Shown here piece by piece: positions 49,886-58,890 of a DNA stretch of 64,000 nt. The translations under genes were made by a program, and so were the position numbers. The notes under the pieces were generated by a model that was given only the letters and a program-made list of their open reading frames with translations, was not told the origin of the DNA and searched no databases. Each line of letters starts with the position of its first letter. Positions within the stretch are counted from its first letter, which is position 1. This DNA comes from Bdellovibrionales bacterium (lineage in GTDB: Bacteria; Bdellovibrionota; Bdellovibrionia; Bdellovibrionales; JAGQZY01): assembly GCA_964230645.1 (NCBI GenBank), contig CAXRHT010000002.1:160001-224000 (forward strand), written 5' to 3'.

Positions 49886-50263
49886 ATGAAACGTGTTCTA
49901 GTTTTTATTTTTCTGGTCAGCACTTCTTATGCCCATGCTTGCAAGAGTCCGTCAAAGGACTTTGCTCGTGACTTCTTTGACAATGAAAGCCATTGGATTG
50001 AAGTTCAAAAAGGCAACCTTGAAGAGATTGAGCCTAATAAGACCATCGAAGTGATGATTGATTTCAATCAATTCTCAAGAAGTAAAGCCTACACGGGGGG
50101 CGAGCTTTTAGGACACCTCGAAGAGGTCTGCCACACAAGTAACCCTAATGAACTCTTAGTTAAGGCAAAAAACTATAGCTTTAAAGTTCGGCAAAAAAGC
50201 TTTGGACTTGAAATCAAAGTTCTCTTTTTTACTTACTACCTAAGACCACTCTCTGTTCTTTAG
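49886..50263 (+). CDS. Hypothetical secreted protein
   Basis: Signal AHA; operonic spacing. Confidence 0.65.
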   Translation: MKRVLVFIFLVSTSYAHACKSPSKDFARDFFDNESHWIEVQKGNLEEIEPNKTIEVMIDFNQFSRSKAYTGGELLGHLEEVCHTSNPNELLVKAKNYSFKVRQKSFGLEIKVLFFTYYLRPLSVL

Positions 50264-51069
50264 TAATTGGTAATTTCACGCTCGCCCAGGGGTTGTCTTG
50301 GGCGATTGTTCTCCTGATATTTCGCTCGAAAACGCTCAATCTGCTCTTTACTAAGTTGTAAAGGGGTATTGAAAACAAACCACTGCACGCCCTCTAGGCA
50401 AGGTGGGTGAGTGAGTGAGCCTTCATAATGATAAAAGGTTTTACGAGGAGGAATCAATTGCTCGGGATTGAAGCGAAAGGCACTTGAGGATTGATAATTG
50501 GGGAGATTGTTGGTTTTTTGCCAAAGATCATCAAACCAAGCACTCCCTCTGCCTTCGACCACAAAAAGGCTTATAATGGCCTGTCTTAAGCCATTGGAAG
50601 AGCGGTGATAAAATTGCAATTCCATGGGCAGTTGGTTACCTGACAAGCTGTGCTCGCTGGGAGAGCGTACTTCAATTTTTTCAAGGAGAAAATCTCTACC
50701 TTGATAGCTGATTTGACTTTGGGGAGTTAAATCCACTCTCAAGGTGTAACCGGCATCAATGATCGTAGCATTCCCCGGTTTATAATCGATGGTCAATGGA
50801 TTGGGTTTTTGAGGGCGATGCCAAACGAGATTGACTGGTGACTGCTGCTCACCTGAGGAACACATATCGTATTGTTTATTAAGATTCGCCCAATTCTGAG
50901 GCCCTCTTTTTCCCTCACTGTAGTCCCAACTCCAAATATCTTTTTTACCTTGATTGGCTCCAGGTGGTGGTTGAGGAGCTTGTGGTTTTACCTCCTCTAC
51001 GGGAGGTCTTGATGAACAAGAAACAGTTAATAAGGCAAAACAGAAGAATCCTAGTAAAGCTGCACGCAT
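50260..51069 (-). CDS. Alpha-carbonic anhydrase-like lipoprotein lacking the Zn-binding histidines
   Basis: WDYS..GPQNW, QQSPVN, SEH, YEGSLTHPPCLEGVQW, NNRPRQPL; EVR and MELQ at ligand positions. Confidence 0.85.
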   Translation of the reverse strand: MRAALLGFFCFALLTVSCSSRPPVEEVKPQAPQPPPGANQGKKDIWSWDYSEGKRGPQNWANLNKQYDMCSSGEQQSPVNLVWHRPQKPNPLTIDYKPGNATIIDAGYTLRVDLTPQSQISYQGRDFLLEKIEVRSPSEHSLSGNQLPMELQFYHRSSNGLRQAIISLFVVEGRGSAWFDDLWQKTNNLPNYQSSSAFRFNPEQLIPPRKTFYHYEGSLTHPPCLEGVQWFVFNTPLQLSKEQIERFRAKYQENNRPRQPLGEREITNY

Positions 51070-51144
51070 GTTTGTGGCCCCTTTTGGTATAACTCTATTA
51101 TGACTGAAGAAATTAAAAAGCAAAAGTGAGGCTCAAGACTTAGG

Positions 51145-51882
51145 TCAAGCCTCATCCTCGTCGACAGGACCAATTTTGGGCTGAAGCCAGGCGACGAGAC
51201 CATAAAGTGGGAGGGTGTCTAGTAATGCCACTGTCCATTTGAAAAGATAATTACTAAGGAGAAGGGTCACAAAGGCATTGATTGTGATTCCACCATTTAA
51301 GAGGCTCTGCCCAAAGGTGACACCAATCACAACCACCGAATCGAGCAACTGGGAAACCATAGTGCTTAAATTGTTTCTTAACCACAAGGCTCTGCCTCCG
51401 GTTTTCTTTTTGATGAAATGAAAGATTTGAACGTCTACGAATTGAGCTAGGATATAGGCCATCATTGAGGCAAAGACGGCTCCGGCTGAGCAGGAAAATA
51501 GAATATCAAACATTTCTACTCGTCCCTCTATAACTTTGCCAGTGGCTAAGAGAATGGGGTCTTTAAGACTCAAGGTCTGCCAAGGAGGTTGTGCTTCAGG
51601 GGAGACGGCCGGGAATTGCGAGGCTAAATAAAGAAAACCAAAGATAAAAAAGTTTAGACCCAGTCCCACCCACACCACAAAGTTTGCTCGTTTTTTTCCG
51701 TAGAGCTCACTGATCAAATCCGTGACCAAAAATGTGAGCGGGTAGGGAAGCACACCCACAGCAAGTGTAAAGGGCCCCAGCTCTACAAAACGAGTGATCC
51801 CCACAATATTGAGTAATGTCATAAAGCAAAAGAAAAGAGCACTAAGGATAATAAATATTTTTTCTCTCTGGGGAAATTCCAT
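51145..51882 (-). CDS. yhhQ: Queuosine precursor transporter (VUT/YhhQ family)
   Basis: YPLTFLVTDLISELYG, AQFVDV, LWLRNNLSTMVSQLLDS, LLDT. Confidence 0.9.
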   Translation of the reverse strand: MEFPQREKIFIILSALFFCFMTLLNIVGITRFVELGPFTLAVGVLPYPLTFLVTDLISELYGKKRANFVVWVGLGLNFFIFGFLYLASQFPAVSPEAQPPWQTLSLKDPILLATGKVIEGRVEMFDILFSCSAGAVFASMMAYILAQFVDVQIFHFIKKKTGGRALWLRNNLSTMVSQLLDSVVVIGVTFGQSLLNGGITINAFVTLLLSNYLFKWTVALLDTLPLYGLVAWLQPKIGPVDEDEA

Positions 51883-52114
51883 TTATCAACTCCGCTCTCG
51901 ACTTTCAAAAGTCACTCGGAAATTTAACCGAAAGCCAATACATTCGTGTCTATTTATGAGACGTCTGTTTGTACTTTTTACCAGTTTTAGTAGTTTATGG
52001 AAGGATTTTTACTTAAAAATGATTCAAAAGTGGACCCAAAGACTAGGTTTTGCTAAATTTAAGAAGGATCGCGTAAGAGCCTTAATGGGGGACTCTTTTA
52101 TTCCGATACAGGAT

Positions 52115-52438
52115 ATGATGAAACAGTTTTCAATACTTCTATTTGTCTTTTTATTTTCGACCACTCTGTGGGCACAGTCTTCTGATGAAAAGAAGCAAGA
52201 AAACCCTTGTGATGTCGAATCCAATGATCCGAATCTCAATCGCATTGGCTGTGAGGACGGAACTTCCGTAAACGAAATGCAAGTTCTCTACAATGGTTTC
52301 CAACCTTATGCTGTTGTTGGCGATGCCGTAACTCTTGGAGGGCCAACGGAAACTCCTTTTCGCCCTGAAGGCAGTAACGGTATTAGTAACTCTCAAAGTG
52401 GTAACACCTCTCCCTCTGGAGACGGCTCTTCCCAATAA
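52115..52438 (+). CDS. Small secreted protein
   Basis: Signal peptide MMKQFSILL...LWA; preceded by TTAAT-N16-CCGATA. Confidence 0.65.
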   Translation: MMKQFSILLFVFLFSTTLWAQSSDEKKQENPCDVESNDPNLNRIGCEDGTSVNEMQVLYNGFQPYAVVGDAVTLGGPTETPFRPEGSNGISNSQSGNTSPSGDGSSQ

Positions 52439-52548
52439 AAAATTAGGGACCAAGGTTTCATTGCCAAGGTCCCCATTCTGTCTTTCCAGGTGTTTTCTTT
52501 GCTGAATATTCCAGTTGATTCTACAGTGTTTTCCTGGCTGGTCTGATG

Positions 52549-53100
52549 TTAGTCACGTTGCTGTTGTTGCCTTCTTGCCTCTCGCTCCGCTTTGTTTTTA
52601 TCGTAGGCTTGTTCATCCCACATTTTTCCAAAGCGAAGACTGGCTAATTGTACGCAGCCCCTTCCGTAGGTCACATTTCCAATACCCGCTGAAACTCCCA
52701 CACTGTCGAAGTCAGCCTGTACAGAAACAGCCAGTGAACTGTGTCCCGGAACAACGGGTCCCACTTCTGCAAGAGCAATCAGTTGTTGAACATTCTTTCG
52801 GGTAAGATCAAATCCTAGATCAGCTGACACCAAAGAGAGATCAATTTCCATAGCACAGTGACCGATTCCAATATTAGCCCCAAACATTGGGATGACAATG
52901 TTAGAAGCATATCGTTTTCCGTCGGTTCCATTACAGGTAATTGTTCCCCTAGTCTCTGAACCCCCAATAAGAACCAGTGATGTATTGGTTCCGGCAGTGT
53001 TAACAGAGCAAGAGCTAAATTTAGGTCCACTCGCTTGAGCCTCGAAGCTCACAATTAGAGCCACAAATAGAGCAGCGGCTGTCGTAAAAATGTTTTTCAT
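52549..53100 (-). CDS. Hypothetical secreted beta-rich protein
   Basis: SD AAGGAGG; signal AQA; 4 Cys. Confidence 0.75.
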   Translation of the reverse strand: MKNIFTTAAALFVALIVSFEAQASGPKFSSCSVNTAGTNTSLVLIGGSETRGTITCNGTDGKRYASNIVIPMFGANIGIGHCAMEIDLSLVSADLGFDLTRKNVQQLIALAEVGPVVPGHSSLAVSVQADFDSVGVSAGIGNVTYGRGCVQLASLRFGKMWDEQAYDKNKAEREARRQQQQRD

Positions 53101-53459
53101 AATGTCCTCCTTCTCAGTTGGTAAACTGAGTTCTATTGTTTGGCTTTTAAATAGGGCCCATATCCAAAAGCATTCCCTTGACCCGATCCGTCTTGGTTTG
53201 AAACCTCACTTATCGAGTCAGGGGCATCATGCAATTTTGATTTGTGTTTTTGAACCCAAAGTTTGAATTGCAGTAAATGTTCAATGATTCCAAATTGGAA
53301 CCAGGCTTAAGTGGCTAAAAATCCGCAAAAAATTTATGACATTTTTTCCTGTCTAACATTTGACGGCTGACTCAAAGAATGTGCCAAGGTCGAGTCGAGG
53401 CTCAATTTTTTACTTTATTCTACCTCCACACGAAAAAGAACAATCTGTCGGGATCAGGC

Positions 53460-53488
53460 TTAAGTACTTTCCCTTAATTTCCGAAAAT
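53460..53488 (+). promoter_or_regulatory. Sigma28 (FliA)-like promoter
   Basis: TTAAG-N16-CCGAAAAT. Confidence 0.6.
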
Positions 53489-53513
53489 AAATAAAGAGAA
53501 CAAGAGGTCTTTT

Positions 53514-53945
53514 ATGAACCAAAATGACAAAGTTAAAACGATCACCTACCTTCCAGGAGAATTTATCCTCAGAGAAGGAGCCAAGTGTGACTCTCTATTC
53601 ATCGTTAAAACAGGTCAGGTTCAAATCTACCGCCTTGATTCACGTAAAAATAAAATCGTTATGGGAATGGTTCAGTCCGGTGAGTACCTAGGGGAAATGG
53701 CTCTTCTATCGTCAAAACCTCATTCCGCCAACGCCGTTGCATTAACAAGAACCGAGTGTGTGAAACTTTCAAGTCATGTATTAGAAGAAGAACTCAAGAA
53801 AGTTCCCAAATGGCTTTCCGCTCTCACAAGAGGCCTCGTGTTTAAACTCAACAGAACCAATGAAGTTCTACGCAGAAACGGTATCAACGACGAATCCCTC
53901 ACAACCGCAATCCGCGCCATCCAAGACAAAGAAAAAGCCGCCTAA
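53514..53945 (+). CDS. Stand-alone cyclic-nucleotide-binding domain protein
   Basis: GEYLGEMALL, HSANAVA; no HTH. Confidence 0.85.
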   Translation: MNQNDKVKTITYLPGEFILREGAKCDSLFIVKTGQVQIYRLDSRKNKIVMGMVQSGEYLGEMALLSSKPHSANAVALTRTECVKLSSHVLEEELKKVPKWLSALTRGLVFKLNRTNEVLRRNGINDESLTTAIRAIQDKEKAA

Positions 53946-53959
53946 CCGCATCACCCCAG

Positions 53960-54086
53960 GGTACCTGCTTCCCATTGGTAGCAATGGGGCGTCAGAATAA
54001 GGTGAAGGCGATACTTTCAAAACGCAAAAAACTCCAGGTAGATCGTCAAATTAACGCAATAGCGCTACCAATGGGAAGCAGGTACC
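53960..54086. repeat. Inverted-repeat element with perfect 23-bp arms
   Basis: GGTACCTGCTTCCCATTGGTAGC ... GCTACCAATGGGAAGCAGGTACC. Confidence 0.88.
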
Positions 54087-54105
54087 TTTTGGTGAAGTGG
54101 GGGAG

Positions 54106-55509
54106 TTACTTTTGGGACATTGGGACCTTTAGTTTTTTTGAAAAGTAGGGGGAGGTCTTTTTTACTCCCTTGGAGATTACCTGGATATTGAGGTTTTCGT
54201 CTAAACTGGAATCAACCACGAGGTAGTTGTGCTCTTTTGTTGAAACGATCCTTCTTGGATTGTCGAGCCAACTTTCTTTTTCTGAGTCCGAACGAAAAAT
54301 GAAACTATGGATGGGACTTGAGGTAATCTCAAACGTTTCGTAGCCGAGGAGATCTTTTTCAATTTTAGCAATCTCTGAGTAGTGGATATCTCCTGACAAA
54401 AATACCACAGGTTGTTTAATGTTTTTCAAGTCTTTGAGGAGTTTTTGAAAATGTTTGGGATGATCAGCGATAAAGGTTTCATTGAGCTGCTTTTTTGAGC
54501 CGTCATCTCTTGTTACTACTGTGGCTTTGGTAAAAAACTGGCCACCATTGGCTAACCAAATAGGGCCCTTTGCTTCTTTGATCTCTCTTTCAAACCACTG
54601 ATGCTGAGCCTTTCCCCATTGTCCGAAAAGCGCTGTTTTGGATGGGTCCCTAAAATAACGGTTATCCATAAAGATAAATTTCTGACCAAAACCTTGGAAA
54701 CTAAACGAGACCCCATTTTTTGAAATATCAATGGATCCTTTTACAGGCTCGCCTCCAAAAAATGCGGTGTAGATTTTTTTAGCAGCCACTTTGCTTTTAA
54801 AGTTTTTATCCGAATTATTGGTTCCGAAGTCATGATCATCCCAAACTGAAAAAATAGGAATGAGTTCTCTGTTTTGAAAAAGAGGAATTTTGCGAAAAGC
54901 ATCGATATAACGTGTCCATATGTCGAACTCACTGGCCTCTTCTCGTTTTACAAAGTCGAAGTCATCGACATAGACCTGATCTCCGAGTAGCACCATGAAG
55001 TCGGCTTCTTGCTCCATCATTTGATCCCAAATGCGAGACCGTACATGTTCGTAGGCATGGGAATCAGACATACAGGAACCAAGGATAAAACGAGTTTTTT
55101 TATTTTTAAGTGGAAGAGTTTTAAAAGTGCGCCAGTCAATAGCGTAGCGACGAAATTTATTCACCATACTAATTTGGTAGGTTTTACCTGGATCTAAATC
55201 TTTAATAAAAACTCGGTCCACCTCCCAATGAATTCTAGGCCCTTTAGTGGTTTTAATGACCTTTAACTCACGCCCTTTTTTCCAGCTATCTACCTGACCC
55301 TTTTGGTATTCAGAAACATAGTAGGTGAGCCTGGAATAACGGGGTCGTAGAATATTAATGCTGGTCTCTTTATCAGTTGTCATGGTTTGAAAGACAGAGA
55401 CCCAGCCTGGGGCCTTGGTACGATCACCTTCTACACTGGTGAAACTACTGACTGTATTAGACTGACAATGGGTCAGGACTAGGAAGACAAGGGGAAGTAA
55501 CGATCGCAT
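54106..55509 (-). CDS. phoD: Alkaline phosphatase D family
   Basis: GSC, LGDQVYVD, WDDHD, DNRYFR, SGDIH; LTHC lipobox-like. Confidence 0.9.
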   Translation of the reverse strand: MRSLLPLVFLVLTHCQSNTVSSFTSVEGDRTKAPGWVSVFQTMTTDKETSINILRPRYSRLTYYVSEYQKGQVDSWKKGRELKVIKTTKGPRIHWEVDRVFIKDLDPGKTYQISMVNKFRRYAIDWRTFKTLPLKNKKTRFILGSCMSDSHAYEHVRSRIWDQMMEQEADFMVLLGDQVYVDDFDFVKREEASEFDIWTRYIDAFRKIPLFQNRELIPIFSVWDDHDFGTNNSDKNFKSKVAAKKIYTAFFGGEPVKGSIDISKNGVSFSFQGFGQKFIFMDNRYFRDPSKTALFGQWGKAQHQWFEREIKEAKGPIWLANGGQFFTKATVVTRDDGSKKQLNETFIADHPKHFQKLLKDLKNIKQPVVFLSGDIHYSEIAKIEKDLLGYETFEITSSPIHSFIFRSDSEKESWLDNPRRIVSTKEHNYLVVDSSLDENLNIQVISKGVKKTSPYFSKKLKVPMSQK

Positions 55510-55602
55510 ATAGACTCCTTTAAACTAAAAGGAGTCTTTTATAACGAAAGCCCTTTGAAGACAAAAGTCTCTCAGGGTATTTCCCTTAAAAAATGAGTAG
55601 GT

Positions 55603-56190
55603 TCACTGACAGACTGTTTTTTGGCCTAAGAGACCTTCTTTGAGAGAATCGTCTGATGCGTCGGGTCCAAAGAGACTGTTCTGCACAATGCGCGAGTACT
55701 CCGCACTATAGATGGGAGGATAAGTCTCATTGCCGTTAACTTCGAATTCAAAGCGGTTCGGAAAGGCAATAATGTAAAGAGATTCATTCTTTTTAACATC
55801 GCGAAAATAACTCAAAAATTGCTTGTGGAAACTGTCAAGGGCTGCACAGCGCTGGCCACAAAGACGATGAAACTCATCATCCCAAGCATCCACCAAAGTT
55901 TTCTTACTGGCATTTCTTAAAACGTGAACTATGCCTACCTTGTGTTGGTTGGACTTTACAATTGCAGCTCCGTTTTGAGAGGGGCGCTCCAGGTAAAGAG
56001 CGCCATAAAAAGCCTTGAAGAATAAAACCTTTTTTAGTCCAACCCCATTAAGAAACAAACGTCGGTACTGACCGGAATCATCTTTCACTTGGGTTTCCTC
56101 TAAAAAGGCGATTCCTCCGTCGCAATAAACCTTGGCTTGAGATTGAAAACTGAAAAACAAGACACTCACGAAAAAAAGTTTTAACACCAC
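55603..56190 (-). CDS. Chalcone-isomerase-like secreted protein
   Basis: LNGVGLK..FF..Y.GALYL, FGPDA...LKEGLLG. Confidence 0.8.
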   Translation of the reverse strand: MVLKLFFVSVLFFSFQSQAKVYCDGGIAFLEETQVKDDSGQYRRLFLNGVGLKKVLFFKAFYGALYLERPSQNGAAIVKSNQHKVGIVHVLRNASKKTLVDAWDDEFHRLCGQRCAALDSFHKQFLSYFRDVKKNESLYIIAFPNRFEFEVNGNETYPPIYSAEYSRIVQNSLFGPDASDDSLKEGLLGQKTVCQ

Positions 56191-56471
56191 ACCCCTCCCT
56201 GGATACTTTTTGGTTATTTCACCACGAAAATAAAGGCCAGACAAGGCTCCTTTGATTCAGGTTAAGACACAAGCGTTACAAAATAGTACAGCTGATCACT
56301 CTCTTTTAAATTTATTAAAAAAATTATTAAACTCGCCGATTTTTCTTTAATAAATCGTTTCAAAACATTGAAAAATGTTGGTTTTTCTTAAATTGATACG
56401 TCTAAATCTTAGGGGGCTGTAAATGGACTTGGCGCTAAAAAAAATTTTAGATAGCCGTATTAGATCTGAGT

Positions 56472-56488
56472 TCGGCACGGGACCTGCA
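56472..56488 (+). promoter_or_regulatory. Sigma54-like promoter
   Basis: CGGCACGGGACCTGCA, GG-N10-GC spacing. Confidence 0.6.
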
Positions 56489-56578
56489 ATATCTAAGAAT
56501 GGGTCGCCTTGTGGTGGGAATAAGAAAAACTAAATAAAATGAAACCATAAGAGCAAGAATTAATGCAAAGGGGTATTA

Positions 56579-58240
56579 ATGATTTGGGTGCGTTCTGTTT
56601 TTTTAAACAGTCAAAAATCTAAAATATTGTTGTCGCTAATGGCAATCTTCATGACCTTTCCATCACTAGCTCAAGTTTCTGTAAACCCATCGACAACAAC
56701 AGGCAGTATGTCTTTTAATCTCAACTCAGATCAAATCCTTTCAGTGCGCCTGCAAGTTACTGATGCGGATTACACCAATGAGGGACAGCTATTTGTAAAC
56801 GGGCAGGGACCTATTGAACTCTTTGATGGTGTCGATTCTGCCAACAATGACAAAACGATCTATTTTAATGTCAACATCGGCAACAATCAGGCCGATTGGT
56901 TTAATTATAATGGGGCGAGAAACGATTTAGAGTTTCGCTTTTTTGATGACCCTCAAAACGCGGGTGTTAACGATGGTTTTACTATTATATCAGTAAAGCC
57001 CATCACCGAGCTTCCTAAGAAAGTCTATGACGCTGTTCCTGTAAGAACCGACGGTGAAATTTCACAAGCTCGCTTCAAAGCACTTGATATTTATAAAAGA
57101 CTTGTCGGTGTGCGTGTTCCCATCGACCACCCAATATTAGTCGAAATGGAAGAATTAGTTGCAAGGGGAGACCTTACGGGTGCTGCTCAGATCGCCACGA
57201 ACGAGCCCGGGTTTTATAACCTTGTGGTCAGAGACTTCGCTGCGCGAATGTCGACAAGAGATCAAAGTATTAATGAAGAATTTAATGATTTTATAGCGAC
57301 CTTTATTGGTGTGACCAGAGATGATATTGATGCAAGACAGCTATTGACCGGGAGCTTTTATTATAAAGGTTCTATTGATGCCCCAGTAGACGCAGATATT
57401 ATGGACGACATTCTCGGCTCCAATGATCACTATCAGCAACTCGCTGGGCAAAACTACGATTTTGCTACCGTTCTTGAAAGAGAGAACACCCAATATATAA
57501 GAACAAATAACGATGACAATTATATCGAGCATCCCGATGCTGCGGGAGTGATTACCTCTCGAGCCTTCATGGGCGCTCATGCCATTGATGGAACGAACCG
57601 TCGTCTGGTTGAATACACTGTGAAGCAATTTGCCTGTTTTGATCTTGAGGAATGGGCTGATGCCACAGCTCCAGACACTCGCGTGGGACCCGATATTGAT
57701 CGTTTCCCTGGGGGAGAGGGATCGAAGTATTTGACGACCTGTAAAGCCTGTCACTCAGTGATGGATGGTTTCCGTGGAGCTTTTGCAAAATATGATTTTG
57801 ATAACAACTATGTACGCTACCGCACCGATGGACGAGATAGAAACACCAATGGAAATAACCTTGGTCAGAGAATCGAAATTTCAGGAATCGATAATAAGAT
57901 GAACCAAAACCATTCGACTTTTAGCAATGGTTACATCACTCGTGACAATAGTTGGATTAACAACGCTCGAAGTCCTGCGAACGTTCAGAAGTTTGGATGG
58001 CGGGGAGTGGTTTCTGCTGGTAACGGTGTAAAACAGTTTGGTCGTGCCATTGCCAATTCAAAAGCCTTTTCACGATGTATGACCAAAAAGGTTTACCGTG
58101 AACTCTGTCGTAGGCCTGTTGCTTCCTTTGAAACTTCAATGGTGGAGTCGATGGCTCAATCTTTTGAAAGCAGCGGTTATAAATTGAAAAAACTCTTTGA
58201 AGATATAGCAGTCAGACCGGAATGTTTGGGGGTCAGATAA
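56579..58240 (+). CDS. Secreted DUF1585-like protein with heme-c motif
   Basis: AAGVITSRAF, GTNRR, CKACH, C-terminal AFSRCMTKKVY...YKLKKLF. Confidence 0.75.
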   Translation: MIWVRSVFLNSQKSKILLSLMAIFMTFPSLAQVSVNPSTTTGSMSFNLNSDQILSVRLQVTDADYTNEGQLFVNGQGPIELFDGVDSANNDKTIYFNVNIGNNQADWFNYNGARNDLEFRFFDDPQNAGVNDGFTIISVKPITELPKKVYDAVPVRTDGEISQARFKALDIYKRLVGVRVPIDHPILVEMEELVARGDLTGAAQIATNEPGFYNLVVRDFAARMSTRDQSINEEFNDFIATFIGVTRDDIDARQLLTGSFYYKGSIDAPVDADIMDDILGSNDHYQQLAGQNYDFATVLERENTQYIRTNNDDNYIEHPDAAGVITSRAFMGAHAIDGTNRRLVEYTVKQFACFDLEEWADATAPDTRVGPDIDRFPGGEGSKYLTTCKACHSVMDGFRGAFAKYDFDNNYVRYRTDGRDRNTNGNNLGQRIEISGIDNKMNQNHSTFSNGYITRDNSWINNARSPANVQKFGWRGVVSAGNGVKQFGRAIANSKAFSRCMTKKVYRELCRRPVASFETSMVESMAQSFESSGYKLKKLFEDIAVRPECLGVR

Positions 58241-58241
58241 T

Positions 58242-58880
58242 ATGAACTTAAAAAAGTCTTTAATCAAACTTACAAGTTTTTGCTTGGCCTTTGGGATGAT
58301 CTCAGTGACATACCAGAACTGTGGGTCTCCGGATGCCAACAACGGTGGTGCGGTGAGTTCATCAGCAGACAATGGTGATATCATCCCTATCCCAAATACA
58401 AAAACAGCTTCCATCCAGAGAGCCTCACGAGTTCTTGACAATTTGGTGTCCTGTCTTGGAACCGGAGAGCCCAGTAACGACGCTAGGGATGCTTGGCAGA
58501 ACAACCGAGGCACTATTTCAGAGGAAGGTTTAGCGAACTCGATGACTCAGCCTATGGCCAAAGCCTTGGTGTCTATTTCAGCGGAGGTTTGTGATGACCT
58601 TATGAATCAAGAAAGATCACTGGATGTGGATCAGAGACGTATCTTTCTTGAAATTGACTTTGATAACGGTGGAGTGGCTCGCTCGGATTTAGGATTAGCA
58701 GCCAAACGTCTGGCCAGATCTTGCTGGGGACGCAATGCTACTGATGATGAGCTGGGAATGATTATTTCGAATATCGACTCAAATTTTTCATCCGGAGAGG
58801 ACAATCGCGACACAACTCGCTTGAAAGCTGTTTACTTATGTACAGCAATGGCGGCTTCCTTTTCCACTTTTGAAATGTAA
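58242..58880 (+). CDS. YQNC lipoprotein, DUF1595-like helical
   Basis: TYQNC lipobox; WGRNATDDE, CTAMAAS. Confidence 0.7.
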   Translation: MNLKKSLIKLTSFCLAFGMISVTYQNCGSPDANNGGAVSSSADNGDIIPIPNTKTASIQRASRVLDNLVSCLGTGEPSNDARDAWQNNRGTISEEGLANSMTQPMAKALVSISAEVCDDLMNQERSLDVDQRRIFLEIDFDNGGVARSDLGLAAKRLARSCWGRNATDDELGMIISNIDSNFSSGEDNRDTTRLKAVYLCTAMAASFSTFEM

Positions 58881-58890
58881 CGGGGTAACA

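Noticed and set aside
51883..52114. preQ1 riboswitch upstream of yhhQ; long 214-aa version of the + strand ORF
   Set aside because: No recognisable preQ1 motif by eye (an Rfam scan would settle it); the signal peptide starts at 52115
53370..53388. Minus-strand sigma54 site TGGCACATTCTTTGA
   Set aside because: The -12 element is GA rather than GC and it lies ~270 nt from the gene; too weak to call
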